Source of the DNA: Halarcobacter sp.
Lineage (GTDB): Bacteria; Campylobacterota; Campylobacteria; Campylobacterales; Arcobacteraceae
Assembly (NCBI GenBank): GCA_048571215.1
Contig: CP182352.1
Span: forward strand, 1,280,001 to 1,344,000
Reading direction: 5' to 3'
DNA: 64,000 bases
Under the pieces are notes generated by a model. The model had not been told where the DNA came from and ran no database searches. It worked only from the letters and a program-made list of their open reading frames with translations. Position 1 is the first letter of the stretch. Each line of letters begins with the position of its first letter. Position numbers and translations under genes: made by a program. Shown here piece after piece: positions 9,912 to 19,958 of this stretch.

Positions 9912-10548
9912 TACCTTTTATGTTTTTTATTGATTCTTTGCCTAATATTTTTTTTAAATTATTTATATATACTCTTATAGAACCTTCACTATAAGTTTCA
10001 TCAAAACTCCAAAGTTTGTCAATAATCATATCCTTAGAGATAATAGCTTCTTTATTTTGTAAAAAAAGTTCAAGTAAATCAATAACTTTATTAGCTAAGT
10101 TTATATCTTCATTATGTTTTAGTACTCTTCTTGTCATTGGATTAAAAACTAATTCATTGTTTAATTTTACTAAATCCAAAGATTTTCCACTTCTTTTTAA
10201 TAAAGATTGTATTCTAAGTAATAGTTCATCTAAATCAACAGGTTTTTTTAGGTAATCATCACATCCACTTAAAAAACCTTTTGTTAAAATATCTTTATCT
10301 TTATATGAGGTTAGATAAATTGTTGCAGTTGTATCTCCATTTTTTCTAAGCTCTTTTAGAAGATCTATACCATTTATTTTTGGTACATTAATGTCAAAAA
10401 GATATAAATCATAATCTTTTTCATAACATAGCTCTAAAACTTCTTCTCCATCTCTTGCAATTTCAACTACAAACCCCTCATCACTAAGAAAATCTTCTAG
10501 AGTTTCTAAAAAAAGTTCATCATCTTCTAACACTAATATTTTAAACAA
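9889..10548 (-). CDS. OmpR-family response regulator
   Basis: ILVLEDD, LFDINVP, DDYLKKP, winged helix IRVYINNLKK...GIGYKL; probable TTG start at 10548 behind AGGA (track start 10587). Confidence 0.9.
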   Translation of the reverse strand: MFKILVLEDDELFLETLEDFLSDEGFVVEIARDGEEVLELCYEKDYDLYLFDINVPKINGIDLLKELRKNGDTTATIYLTSYKDKDILTKGFLSGCDDYLKKPVDLDELLLRIQSLLKRSGKSLDLVKLNNELVFNPMTRRVLKHNEDINLANKVIDLLELFLQNKEAIISKDMIIDKLWSFDETYSEGSIRVYINNLKKILGKESIKNIKGIGYKLEL

Positions 10549-10723
10549 AAAAAATCCTAAACTATATATTTCTTTTATAATAGTCAATTATAGTTTAAAA
10601 AATGTTAAATTTATAAATAATCTCATCAAGGGCATTTGGGTACTATTTATAGATAGATTAAAATTTATAATTTCTTTAAGTTTTGTTAAACTACAATGTT
10701 TATAACAAATTAAATAAAATTAG

Positions 10724-12493
10724 GTGCATATGTTAAAAAAGATCCTTATTATATTATCACTTCTTGTACTAGCATTTTTTGTTGTAACTCAAGAAAATAT
10801 TAAAATTATATTCTCAGGAATTGCTATATTCTTAATTGGTATGCATTTTATGGAAGATGGCTTTAAACTCTTTTCCGGTGGAACCTTGGAAAAGATTTTA
10901 GAGAAGTTTACAAATACAGGATTTAAGTCACTTGTTACTGGTTTTATTACAACCTCTATTGTACAAAGTTCATCTTTAGTTTCAGTTATTGTTATATCAT
11001 TTTTATCAGTTGAATTAATTTCACTAGCCCAAGGTATGGCTATAGTGTTTGGTGCAAACCTAGGTAGCACAACAACTGCTTGGATTGTTTCTGCTTTAGG
11101 ACTTAAAATAAAAATATCCCTTTATGCAATGCCAATGATTATTTTTGGTGTTTTATTTAGATTTTCTAGCAATAGAACTTATATTGGACTTGGAAATATT
11201 TTACTTGGTTTAGGGTTTATATTTTTAGGTATTTCATATATGAAAGAAGGATTTGATACCTTAAAAGATTCCATAGATTTAGCCTCTTATTCTGTTGGTG
11301 GGTATTTAGGTATCCTAATTTATATAATTATAGGTGCAATAGCCACAGTAGTAATACAATCAAGCAGTGCAACAATGGCTATTATTATTACAGCCTTAGC
11401 AGGTGCTAATATTTTATATATAGATGCATTAGCCTTAGCAATTGGTGCAAATGTTGGTACAACTGTGACAGCTGTTATTGGCTCACTAACCTCCAATGAA
11501 AATGGAAAAAGACTAGCTTTTGGTCACTTTGTTTTTAATATAATTACTGGGATTGTTGCTGTAGCATTAATCTATGTATTAAAAGATTTAGTTGATATCT
11601 TAGCACCATTTATTGGCATAAGCGATGATAATTATTCTATGAAATTAGCTTTATTTCATACTATATTTAATTTACTTGGTATTGTAATTTTATATCCTTT
11701 TATAAATAAATTAGTAAACTTGGCATACAAAGTAATCTCTGATAAAACAAAAAAATACTCAAAACCTATTTACTTAGATAAGGCAAATATAAAAATACCT
11801 TACAATGCTATGGTTTCGGTGCAAAAAGAGGTTATACATCTATATGACAATGCTCAAAAAGCTATTTTGCATTCCCTTTCAATGCATACAACAAATCTTA
11901 AAAGTGAAAAAGATATAGAACGTGCTATAAATAATCCTGTAAAAATAGATACAAATTTAGATGATATTTATCAAAATGATTTAAAATCACTTTATAGCGA
12001 TATCATTGAGTTTGCCTTAATCTCTCAACAAAATATGAATCAAGAGCAAAACAAATATGTATCTGATTTGAAACTCTCATCAAATATAATTGTTAAGATA
12101 TTAAAAGATACACGAGATATACAAAAAAATATAAACTTCTATTTAAACAGTAAAAATGAGTTTATAAAAAAAGAATATATGGATTTGAAAAAAGAGTTAG
12201 CAAGAATCATTCTAATAGTAAATAACTTAAAAGATAGAGATTTAGATGATGTTGAAGTATCAACACAAATACAAATGGAAAAAGACAATATAGTAAAATT
12301 TGATTTTATGAGTAATGGAAGAATTGATGAATTGATTAGAAATGAAAAAATTACATCAAAGATGGCAACTTCACTTATAAATGACTCTACAAGTATTTGC
12401 AATATTTGTACAAATCTTCTAAGAATTGCAAATATTCTTTTTATTAAAGATGAGAAACTAAGAAGACTAGGAGAAATAAATGAAACTAAATAA
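10724..12493 (+). CDS. Na/Pi cotransporter family protein (NptA/YjbB-like)
   Basis: Two QSSS motifs and GANLGST/GANVGTT repeats; helical C-terminal domain. Confidence 0.9.
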   Translation: MHMLKKILIILSLLVLAFFVVTQENIKIIFSGIAIFLIGMHFMEDGFKLFSGGTLEKILEKFTNTGFKSLVTGFITTSIVQSSSLVSVIVISFLSVELISLAQGMAIVFGANLGSTTTAWIVSALGLKIKISLYAMPMIIFGVLFRFSSNRTYIGLGNILLGLGFIFLGISYMKEGFDTLKDSIDLASYSVGGYLGILIYIIIGAIATVVIQSSSATMAIIITALAGANILYIDALALAIGANVGTTVTAVIGSLTSNENGKRLAFGHFVFNIITGIVAVALIYVLKDLVDILAPFIGISDDNYSMKLALFHTIFNLLGIVILYPFINKLVNLAYKVISDKTKKYSKPIYLDKANIKIPYNAMVSVQKEVIHLYDNAQKAILHSLSMHTTNLKSEKDIERAINNPVKIDTNLDDIYQNDLKSLYSDIIEFALISQQNMNQEQNKYVSDLKLSSNIIVKILKDTRDIQKNINFYLNSKNEFIKKEYMDLKKELARIILIVNNLKDRDLDDVEVSTQIQMEKDNIVKFDFMSNGRIDELIRNEKITSKMATSLINDSTSICNICTNLLRIANILFIKDEKLRRLGEINETK

Positions 12494-12713
12494 AATAAAA
12501 GAAGAGCTTGAAGATTTTTTCTCACTAAGTAAAAAGAAAATAGAAAAAAATAGTGATGAAATAGATGAAGTTATGGATAAGCTTATTGAAAAAAGAAATA
12601 AAATAGAAAAAGAGATCAGAGAGTGTGATGATTGCAAAAAAAAAGATGAGTTGAAAAATAAGCTTACTGCTGTAAATAAGCTTATTCAAAAGGCTTTAAA
12701 AAATTTATACTAG
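12480..12713 (+). CDS. Small coiled-coil hypothetical protein
   Basis: AGGAG RBS, overlaps upstream stop. Confidence 0.6.
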   Translation: MKLNKIKEELEDFFSLSKKKIEKNSDEIDEVMDKLIEKRNKIEKEIRECDDCKKKDELKNKLTAVNKLIQKALKNLY

Positions 12714-13168
12714 AAGTGGCTAAAGTTTTGTCTTAATGCCTCATAAACAACTATAGATACAGAGTTTGCAATATTTAAACTTCTTGCATCGTTTGTCATA
12801 GGGATTGTTATACACCCCTTTTCATTTTTTGCTAATAAACTTTCAGGAAGACCAGCATCTTCCCTACCAAAATAAAAATAGTCCCCTACTTCATATTTTG
12901 CATCAAAGTAAACTTGTTTTGTTTTTGTAGTTGCAAAAAAGTGTCTATTGCTAAAAGGATTTTTTGACCAAAAATCTTCTATATTTTCATATTCAAAAAC
13001 TTCTAAATCTTTCCAATAATCAAGTCCTGCTCTTCTTAAAGCTTTTTCATTTATCTCAAAGCCATAAGGTTTGATTAGGTGAAGTTTACAGTTTAATGCA
13101 AAGGCAAGTCTACCTATTGTACCTGTATTTTGTGGAATTCTAGGTTCCAATAGTACGATATTAAACAT
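12710..13168 (-). CDS. trmL: tRNA (cytidine/uridine(34)-2'-O)-methyltransferase
   Basis: EPRIPQNTGTIGR, RRAGLDYW, FGRE, RSLNIANS SPOUT motifs. Confidence 0.92.
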   Translation of the reverse strand: MFNIVLLEPRIPQNTGTIGRLAFALNCKLHLIKPYGFEINEKALRRAGLDYWKDLEVFEYENIEDFWSKNPFSNRHFFATTKTKQVYFDAKYEVGDYFYFGREDAGLPESLLAKNEKGCITIPMTNDARSLNIANSVSIVVYEALRQNFSHF

Positions 13169-13169
13169 A

Positions 13170-14003
13170 TTATAAAATCACTGTTTTATTATCATATACA
13201 AACACTTTATCTTCTAAAAGTAGCTGTAAAGCATTTGAAAGAACAACTTTTTCTACATTTCTTCCTGATCTTCTCATATCTTGCCAAGTAAAACTATGGT
13301 CAACCCTTACAACACCTTGATCAATAATTGGTCCTTCATCTAAATCATCAGTTACATAATGTGCTGTTGCTCCGATAATCTTAACACCTCTATGGTGTGC
13401 TTGTTTATATGGATTTGCTCCAATAAATGATGGTAAAAACGAATGGTGTATATTTAATACTTTTTGTGGATAGGTTTTTACAAATTTTGGAGTTAAAATT
13501 CTCATATATTTTGCTAAAACTATTAGTTCTGGCTCATACTCATTTATTTGTTCAATAACAAGGTCTTCATGAGCTTCTCTTTCCATATCATCAGCACTAA
13601 TACAATGAAAAGGGATATTAAAACTTTCAACTAAATCTCTTAGGTAATCATGGTTTGCAATTACTGCTTTAATATTTGCATTTAACTCACCATCTATATA
13701 TCTAATCAATAAGTCACCTAAGACATGAGATTCTTTTGTTGCTAAGATTACAATATCTTTTTTAGCTTTTGGCGTAAGTTTGATTGTAGAGTTCTCAGGT
13801 AATACTTCTGTTAATTCTTTTATAAGAATATTACTATTTACATCCCCAGAGATCACAGTTCTCATAAAAAACTTTTTTGATTCTTTTTCAACATATTCGG
13901 CATTTTTTTCAATATTTAGATTATTTGCAAAAAGTACTTTCGAGATGTTATAAACAAGCCCTTTTGCATCGGTAGTATCTATTAAAAGTATATATTCTTT
14001 CAT
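13170..14003 (-). CDS. purU: Formyltetrahydrofolate deformylase
   Basis: ACT domain; NIHHSFLPSFIGANPY, GVKIIGATAHYV. Confidence 0.95.
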   Translation of the reverse strand: MKEYILLIDTTDAKGLVYNISKVLFANNLNIEKNAEYVEKESKKFFMRTVISGDVNSNILIKELTEVLPENSTIKLTPKAKKDIVILATKESHVLGDLLIRYIDGELNANIKAVIANHDYLRDLVESFNIPFHCISADDMEREAHEDLVIEQINEYEPELIVLAKYMRILTPKFVKTYPQKVLNIHHSFLPSFIGANPYKQAHHRGVKIIGATAHYVTDDLDEGPIIDQGVVRVDHSFTWQDMRRSGRNVEKVVLSNALQLLLEDKVFVYDNKTVIL

Positions 14004-14020
14004 TTTATGTATTAATCCTA

Positions 14021-14052
14021 GGTATTATTTCATTTAAGGGTGAAATAATACC
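14021..14052. other. Perfect 12-bp inverted repeat between malic enzyme and purU
   Basis: GGTATTATTTCA-8 nt-TGAAATAATACC; no U-tail on the coding strand. Confidence 0.6.
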
Positions 14053-14063
14053 ATGAATTAGAT

Positions 14064-15326
14064 TTAAATCATTTTAGATAACTTTTCTTTATAACTTTCT
14101 AGGTCAAAATCTTTTACTCTAGCAACACCAGATTCAACAGCAGCAAGTGCAACAGCACTAGAAACTTCCACTATTAATCTTTTGTCAAATGGTTTTGGAA
14201 TAATATACTCTTTTGAGTAAACTAAGTTTTCACCAAAAATCTCTTTTACATCTTGTGGTACTGGTTGTTTAGCTAAATTTGCAATAGCATATGCTGCTGC
14301 TTTTTTCATTTGCATATTTATTTTTTTTGCATGAACATCTAAGGCACCTCTAAAAATAAAAGGGAAACCAAGTACATTATTTACTTGATTATCAAAGTCA
14401 CTTCTTCCTGTTCCAACAATTGCCTTATCTCTAATAGCAAGAACCTCTTCAGGGAAAAGTTCAGGTGTTGGGTTTGCTAAAGCAAATACAATTGGTTCAT
14501 CTGCCATAACTGCAATATGTTTTTGTGTAAAAGTTCCAGGTCTAGAAAGTCCTAATACAACATCAGCATCTCTAAATGCGTCTAAAACACTCATTGGTTC
14601 AGCTACTGAAAACTCTTTTTTAAATTTGTTTAAATCATCTCTTTGATCATGTATAACACCTTTAGAGTCAACCATAATAATAGTTTCTACTCCAACAGCT
14701 TTATACATTCTAGAGCATGATATAGCAGCAGCTCCCGCTCCTACAACTACTACTTTCAAATCTTTTAATTCTTTTTCAATAATATCGCAAGCATTGATAA
14801 GCCCTGCTGTTGTAATAATAGCTGTTCCGTGTTGATCATCGTGCATTACTGGGATATCTAACTCTTCTATTAATTTTCTTTCTATTTCAAAACACTCTGG
14901 TGATTTGATATCTTCTAAATTAATTCCTCCAAAAGTTGGAGCTATAGCTTTACATACATCTACAAATTTTTGTGGATCTTCTTCATCAATTTCAATATCA
15001 TATGAATCCACTGCTGAGAATTTTTTAAATAATACAGCTTTACCTTCCATAACAGGTTTAGAAGCTAAAGCTCCTATATTTCCTAAACCTAGCACTGCAG
15101 TACCGTTTGATATAACAGCTACAAGATTACTTTTTGAAGTATATTTAAATGCATTGTATGGATTTGCCTCTATCTCTAAACATGGATGTGCTACACCTGG
15201 CGTATATGCTAGTGAAAGATCCTTTTGTGTATCCATTTGTGTTGTTGGTGTGACTGATACTTTTCCTGGATTTGGAAATTCGTGATAATCTAATGCTTCT
15301 TGTTTACTACTTTCTTTTGTACTCAT
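14064..15326 (-). CDS. NAD(P)-dependent malic enzyme (single-domain, no PTA fusion)
   Basis: LAYTPGVA, PVMEGK, NLEDI, HDDQHGTA, GAGAAA. Confidence 0.93.
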   Translation of the reverse strand: MSTKESSKQEALDYHEFPNPGKVSVTPTTQMDTQKDLSLAYTPGVAHPCLEIEANPYNAFKYTSKSNLVAVISNGTAVLGLGNIGALASKPVMEGKAVLFKKFSAVDSYDIEIDEEDPQKFVDVCKAIAPTFGGINLEDIKSPECFEIERKLIEELDIPVMHDDQHGTAIITTAGLINACDIIEKELKDLKVVVVGAGAAAISCSRMYKAVGVETIIMVDSKGVIHDQRDDLNKFKKEFSVAEPMSVLDAFRDADVVLGLSRPGTFTQKHIAVMADEPIVFALANPTPELFPEEVLAIRDKAIVGTGRSDFDNQVNNVLGFPFIFRGALDVHAKKINMQMKKAAAYAIANLAKQPVPQDVKEIFGENLVYSKEYIIPKPFDKRLIVEVSSAVALAAVESGVARVKDFDLESYKEKLSKMI

Positions 15327-15428
15327 TTAACTACCTTAATAAGATTTTATTGCAGAATTGTAACTAAATGAAACTTAATTATTTAGATTTTATTAAAATT
15401 TTTAATAAATTTACACACTTAAGCTATA

Positions 15429-15469
15429 TTTTACATTTTTTTTACATCTTTTTTACATAAGTTTTACAT
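15429..15469. promoter_or_regulatory. Four TTTTACAT direct repeats at 11-bp spacing upstream of malic enzyme
   Basis: Copies start at 15429, 15440, 15451, 15462. Confidence 0.6.
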
Positions 15470-16135
15470 AATACCTATAATTCCAGAAAACCTACCACAT
15501 GACTTATCTTTTCTATAAGAGAAATATGGTTTGTTGGAACACTTGGTACAAATATCTGAAATCTTTATATTTTCAACTCCTAATTTACTTAATAGTTTTT
15601 TATTTATACCTTGAAGGTCAATTAGTCTTCCATCTACAAACTCTTTTCCAAAACTATTACTAACTATTTGAGCCAATTCCTCACTAACCTCATAACAACA
15701 TTTTTGAATACTAGGACCTAAAATAACTTCAATATCTTTTACATCACATTTAAAATACTCTATCATTTTATTTACTGCAACTTCTGATATTTTTAAAAAA
15801 GTTGAGTTTCTTCCCGCATGAACTGCTGCAATAACACCCTTTGTTTTGTCAAATAAAAGTATAGGGATACAATCAGCTACCATAACCATTAGTGTGGATT
15901 CTTTTAAATTTGTAATAATCCCATCACAGTTATCAATCAAATTTGGAGAGTTTTCATCTATAATCTTGACATTATTTCCATGTACTTGGTTCATATAATA
16001 TAATTTATCTAAATCAAAATTGTATTTTTTTGCTAAGTTTGTTCTGTTTTTAATAACACTTTCTTTTAAGTCTTCCACATGAAAAGCAAGGTTTCCATCA
16101 TCTTTATTTGTAAAGGTATAAAAAATATCATTCAT
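15464..16135 (-). CDS. pgeF: Peptidoglycan editing factor PgeF / YfiH family
   Basis: NQVHG, VADCIPILL, HAGR, GPSIQKCCYEV, FSYR. Confidence 0.9.
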   Translation of the reverse strand: MNDIFYTFTNKDDGNLAFHVEDLKESVIKNRTNLAKKYNFDLDKLYYMNQVHGNNVKIIDENSPNLIDNCDGIITNLKESTLMVMVADCIPILLFDKTKGVIAAVHAGRNSTFLKISEVAVNKMIEYFKCDVKDIEVILGPSIQKCCYEVSEELAQIVSNSFGKEFVDGRLIDLQGINKKLLSKLGVENIKISDICTKCSNKPYFSYRKDKSCGRFSGIIGIM

Positions 16136-16213
16136 GATAGCTCCTTTGGCTGAAAGCTATTTTACTATCCTCTTATTGATTTTTTGGTAAAATCTTACTT
16201 TTAAAGGACAAAT

Positions 16214-17005
16214 ATGGAAAAAGAATTTGTGATTTTTGGAAATCCAGTTGAACATTCAAAGTCTCCACAAATGCACAATGCTGGTTTTAAAGCTTTGGAA
16301 TTTGAGGGTAATTATAAAAAACATCTACTTGAAGATGGGGAAACAATAAAAGATGTTTTTTTACAAAATGCTTATGCAGGTGCAAATATTACAGTACCAC
16401 ATAAAGAAATTGCTTTTAGAAATGCTGATGTTGTAATAGGACTAGCAAATGAGATAAAAGCAGTAAACACTTATATAAATGATGATGGTAAAATAATAGC
16501 TTATAACACAGATGCACCAGGTTTTTTATATGCAATAGAAAGTTTTGGAGAGATAAAATCAGTTCTTATACTAGGAGCTGGAGGAACAGCAAAAGCAGTA
16601 TCTTTGGCACTTCAACAAAGTGATATTGATGTAACAGTTTTAAATAGAAGTGAAAATAAGCTTAAGTTTTTTGAAGAACATGATATCAAAGCTTACACTT
16701 GGGATAATTTCAAAGCAGAAAAATATGAACTAATAGTAAACACTACAAGTGCAGGATTAAAAGATGAACTTTTACCTTGCCCAAAAGAGATATTAGATGA
16801 AGTTTTAAAAAATGCCTCTTTTGCATTTGATTGTATTTATGGAAAAATAACACCCTTTTTAGCACTAGCAAATGGTTTAGGACTACAAACAAAAGATGGT
16901 GAAGATATGCTTTTATATCAAGGTGTTTTAGCCTTTGAATACTTCACACAAAGCAATGCCAATGAAGAGATTATTGAAGCTATGAGACAAGGACTTAAGG
17001 GATAA
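16214..17005 (+). CDS. aroE: Shikimate dehydrogenase
   Basis: HSKSPQMH, NITVPHK, AVNT, NTD, GAGGTA, MLLYQG. Confidence 0.95.
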   Translation: MEKEFVIFGNPVEHSKSPQMHNAGFKALEFEGNYKKHLLEDGETIKDVFLQNAYAGANITVPHKEIAFRNADVVIGLANEIKAVNTYINDDGKIIAYNTDAPGFLYAIESFGEIKSVLILGAGGTAKAVSLALQQSDIDVTVLNRSENKLKFFEEHDIKAYTWDNFKAEKYELIVNTTSAGLKDELLPCPKEILDEVLKNASFAFDCIYGKITPFLALANGLGLQTKDGEDMLLYQGVLAFEYFTQSNANEEIIEAMRQGLKG

Positions 17006-17023
17006 TAGAGCTTAGCTCTATTA
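17003..17023. terminator. Hairpin between convergent aroE and MscS genes
   Basis: TAATAGAGC-TTA-GCTCTATTA. Confidence 0.6.
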
Positions 17024-17029
17024 TTAAAA

Positions 17030-18496
17030 TCAAGGCTTATAAAAAGAAACACCCTCTTCTAGTAGTTTTTTTACTACCCTTTGACTTAGTTGGGATTTTA
17101 ATTCCATGATTTGATGGTATGGGGTTACATACCAAATTCTAAGAATAAAAAATGGCTCTTTTGGATCAGGAATTAGATGTATTCTTGGTCTAAAATCACG
17201 AGAACGCATATCATATCTTTTTTTCATACTTAAAAACTGTTTTGAAGCTACTTCCATATATCTCTCTGTAAGTTCATAAGCTATATCATTTACAATATCT
17301 TCAATCTTTTTTGTATCTTCCCCAAAAGGGATACTAAGTTCAACTAAGTCATAAACTGTTTTCATTTTGTCATGGGTATAGTTAAAAATACAGTTATTTA
17401 CAAAAAGGTTATTTGGTATAAATACAATTCTTCCTGCTATTTTTATTTTTGATGATGTGGTGTTATTTATACTCTCATAAAGGCTTACTTTAAATAGTGA
17501 TATTGCAATAACTTCACCTATAACTGGATTTCCCTCTACATTTACTAAAACCCTATCGCCTATTTGGATGTGATTTCCAAAAACCAATTGAAACCAAGAT
17601 GCAATACATAGAACATACTCTTTCATAGAGATAGTAATACCAGCAGCTATAACACCTATTAAAGTTGCTGCATAGATTATGTTTCCAATATTAAAAATAA
17701 TAATCACAAAAAGCATAACAATCAAAAAGCTTATATTTAAAAACTTCTTTCTTTTGAAAAGTTTCTCTTCATTTTCTATCCGTTTTGAAACAATAGTTTT
17801 CAAAATATAAAATACAATGAAGATCAATACAACAACTGCCAAGTTTAGTATATGGTTTACAAATATTGTTTCCCCATACTCATTTAAAGCATTTGAATAT
17901 AACTCTTTTTTTCTTTTTAATACCTCTTCTTTTCCTTGTATTAAACCCTTTGCATTTTCAAAATATTCTATTGCGTATTTTAGTTGTTTCTCTTTTTTTG
18001 GATTTTTTATCTCTTGATTTTTTGTTCTATTTAGTTCCTCATTTAGATAAGAAAATGCTTCTTCATACTTCTTTTTCAAAAAATCTAATTTTTGCGTTTG
18101 TATTGAAAATTTGTTTTTTTGGTTTGTAAATAGATACTCAATGATATTTATATCTTTGATTTTATTATCTAAGGTAACCTTTTCTAGCATCTCATCAAAG
18201 GATTTTGGCAATTCATTTAATATCTTCTTTTTACTTGATTCAAGGTTTAGCAATTGTCTAAGTTCAGACCTTTTTTGCCCTTTTGCGTGTTTGATTTGTT
18301 TTTCTAACTCTTTTATCTCATCATCTAATTCTTGTGTTTTTAAAATATTGTTATAAACTTGTAGCCAGATGTTATTGTTTTGTTCAATAAATTCTAAATT
18401 TTTTGCAAAAATTGTATTTGTTAATATGCAAACTATAAATACAAACCTTAATAATCTTATCACTATATCCCCATAAATTTTTTCTAATACTAACAT
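17030..18496 (-). CDS. Mechanosensitive ion channel (MscS family) with N-terminal coiled-coil domain
   Basis: IQIGDRV, GRIVFIPN, NYT motifs after TM segments. Confidence 0.85.
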   Translation of the reverse strand: MLVLEKIYGDIVIRLLRFVFIVCILTNTIFAKNLEFIEQNNNIWLQVYNNILKTQELDDEIKELEKQIKHAKGQKRSELRQLLNLESSKKKILNELPKSFDEMLEKVTLDNKIKDINIIEYLFTNQKNKFSIQTQKLDFLKKKYEEAFSYLNEELNRTKNQEIKNPKKEKQLKYAIEYFENAKGLIQGKEEVLKRKKELYSNALNEYGETIFVNHILNLAVVVLIFIVFYILKTIVSKRIENEEKLFKRKKFLNISFLIVMLFVIIIFNIGNIIYAATLIGVIAAGITISMKEYVLCIASWFQLVFGNHIQIGDRVLVNVEGNPVIGEVIAISLFKVSLYESINNTTSSKIKIAGRIVFIPNNLFVNNCIFNYTHDKMKTVYDLVELSIPFGEDTKKIEDIVNDIAYELTERYMEVASKQFLSMKKRYDMRSRDFRPRIHLIPDPKEPFFILRIWYVTPYHQIMELKSQLSQRVVKKLLEEGVSFYKP

Positions 18497-18511
18497 AATC
18501 CTCTTTTTATT

Positions 18512-19165
18512 TTATAACCTAAACTTCTCAAATAGCTCTTTTTTGTCTTTTTTTACCTTCACACTTGCCCCATAAATTCTTTTTTTGAATTTGTTGTATA
18601 GTTTTATTTGGAGCAATATACCAATAATTCCTAGTATTGTTAAATAACTTAATAATATTTTTAAATCTGCCAAAAAGTAATCAAACAACATTGCACTTGC
18701 ACTTCCTGTAACAATTGCTGCTGAAATCATAAAAGATCTAATCATCAAATAATCTTTTAAATGTACCTTTTCTTCCTGCATAAAATCTACTGTATGTATC
18801 CTTGAAACTTCAAAGGTAATACCTTGAATAGTAAATATAGTTAAAATCACATAGGTAAAAAGTAAAATAGAAGATGAGAATACAAGATAAGAAAATATCT
18901 GAATCACATCTAAAATTATTGCAAACATATATATTTTGTAAATTTTTATGTTTTTAAACAAGGGCTGAATAAATCCATCTAAGGCACCAACTAGCATATA
19001 AAAACTTATCATAAATACAGGCAGATAAGTCCCTTCAAGTTTTGTGACAAATGGTATTAATACCCAATCAATATAAGTGGTTAAAAACAATGTTAGAGAT
19101 TGAACTTTTAAGAAGCTACTAGTTTTTATCTCTTTAAATATTGGGGCATAGTTACGAAATGCCAT
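18512..19165 (-). CDS. Integral membrane protein of unknown function (about 6 TM)
   Basis: Hydrophobic helices; no recognised motif. Confidence 0.6.
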   Translation of the reverse strand: MAFRNYAPIFKEIKTSSFLKVQSLTLFLTTYIDWVLIPFVTKLEGTYLPVFMISFYMLVGALDGFIQPLFKNIKIYKIYMFAIILDVIQIFSYLVFSSSILLFTYVILTIFTIQGITFEVSRIHTVDFMQEEKVHLKDYLMIRSFMISAAIVTGSASAMLFDYFLADLKILLSYLTILGIIGILLQIKLYNKFKKRIYGASVKVKKDKKELFEKFRL

Positions 19166-19230
19166 GGGGTTCGCCTTTGAAAAAAGCGAATTATACTATA
19201 GATTTTAATTTTTTCATCAAATTTGAATAT

Positions 19231-19839
19231 TTATTTTTTATATAAGACTTTTATCATATTAACCGCCTGATTAAGTAGGTTTTCATGCTCCTCTTTTGGA
19301 AGAGGTAAAGCCCCATAAAATTGTTGATATAAAACAAAAGATTTAATCATACCTATAAATTGTCTTGAAACAAAAGCACTGCTTTCAAACTCTAGTTTTC
19401 CATCTTTTTTAGCATCTTCAAACCATTGGACAACCATTAACATACAATCATCTTTTACTATATCTAAAACTTTTAGTCCAATTTGATTTTTTTGAATCAT
19501 TACAATTGTTGCAATTTTTATTAAAGTAATATTTTCTTCATCGTTTAAGAAGTTTAATTCTTGTCTTCCTATTTCATATAGTTGCTCTTCTATTGGCTTA
19601 TCTTTTTTATAAGTGTATTCGAAACTTTCATAAAGTCTATCTTTTAAAATTTCAACAATAGCTATAAATAAATCTTCTTTATTTTTAAAGTGATTATAAA
19701 CAGTAGCCTTAGATACATTTGCTTCTTTAGAGATTGTATCCATACTAGAGCCTTCAAATCCCTTTTCATAAAATTCTGATATGGCAGCTTTTATTATTGC
19801 TTTTCTTTTTTCTTCATTTAGTGGTCTCTTTTTTTTCAT
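19231..19839 (-). CDS. TetR/AcrR family regulator
   Basis: HTH ISKEANVSKATVYNHFKNKEDLF; divergent from molybdoenzyme operon. Confidence 0.92.
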   Translation of the reverse strand: MKKKRPLNEEKRKAIIKAAISEFYEKGFEGSSMDTISKEANVSKATVYNHFKNKEDLFIAIVEILKDRLYESFEYTYKKDKPIEEQLYEIGRQELNFLNDEENITLIKIATIVMIQKNQIGLKVLDIVKDDCMLMVVQWFEDAKKDGKLEFESSAFVSRQFIGMIKSFVLYQQFYGALPLPKEEHENLLNQAVNMIKVLYKK

Positions 19840-19884
19840 GTAAATATTATATCAAAAAATCTTATAAAAAATGATAAAATAAAC

Positions 19885-19900
19885 TAAACTGTATAGTTTA
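19885..19900. promoter_or_regulatory. Putative TetR operator
   Basis: TAAACT-GTAT-AGTTTA inverted repeat in the divergent intergenic region. Confidence 0.6.
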
Positions 19901-19958
19901 TATTGAATTAAGATTTTTATATTAAAATTCTTTTTATAGTTCAAAAAAAGGAAAAAAG

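Noticed and set aside
9883..10554. 8-nt A/T homopolymers near kinase and regulator starts as phase-variation sites
   Set aside because: Such runs are common in this AT-rich DNA and frames are intact; no long poly-G/C tracts seen.
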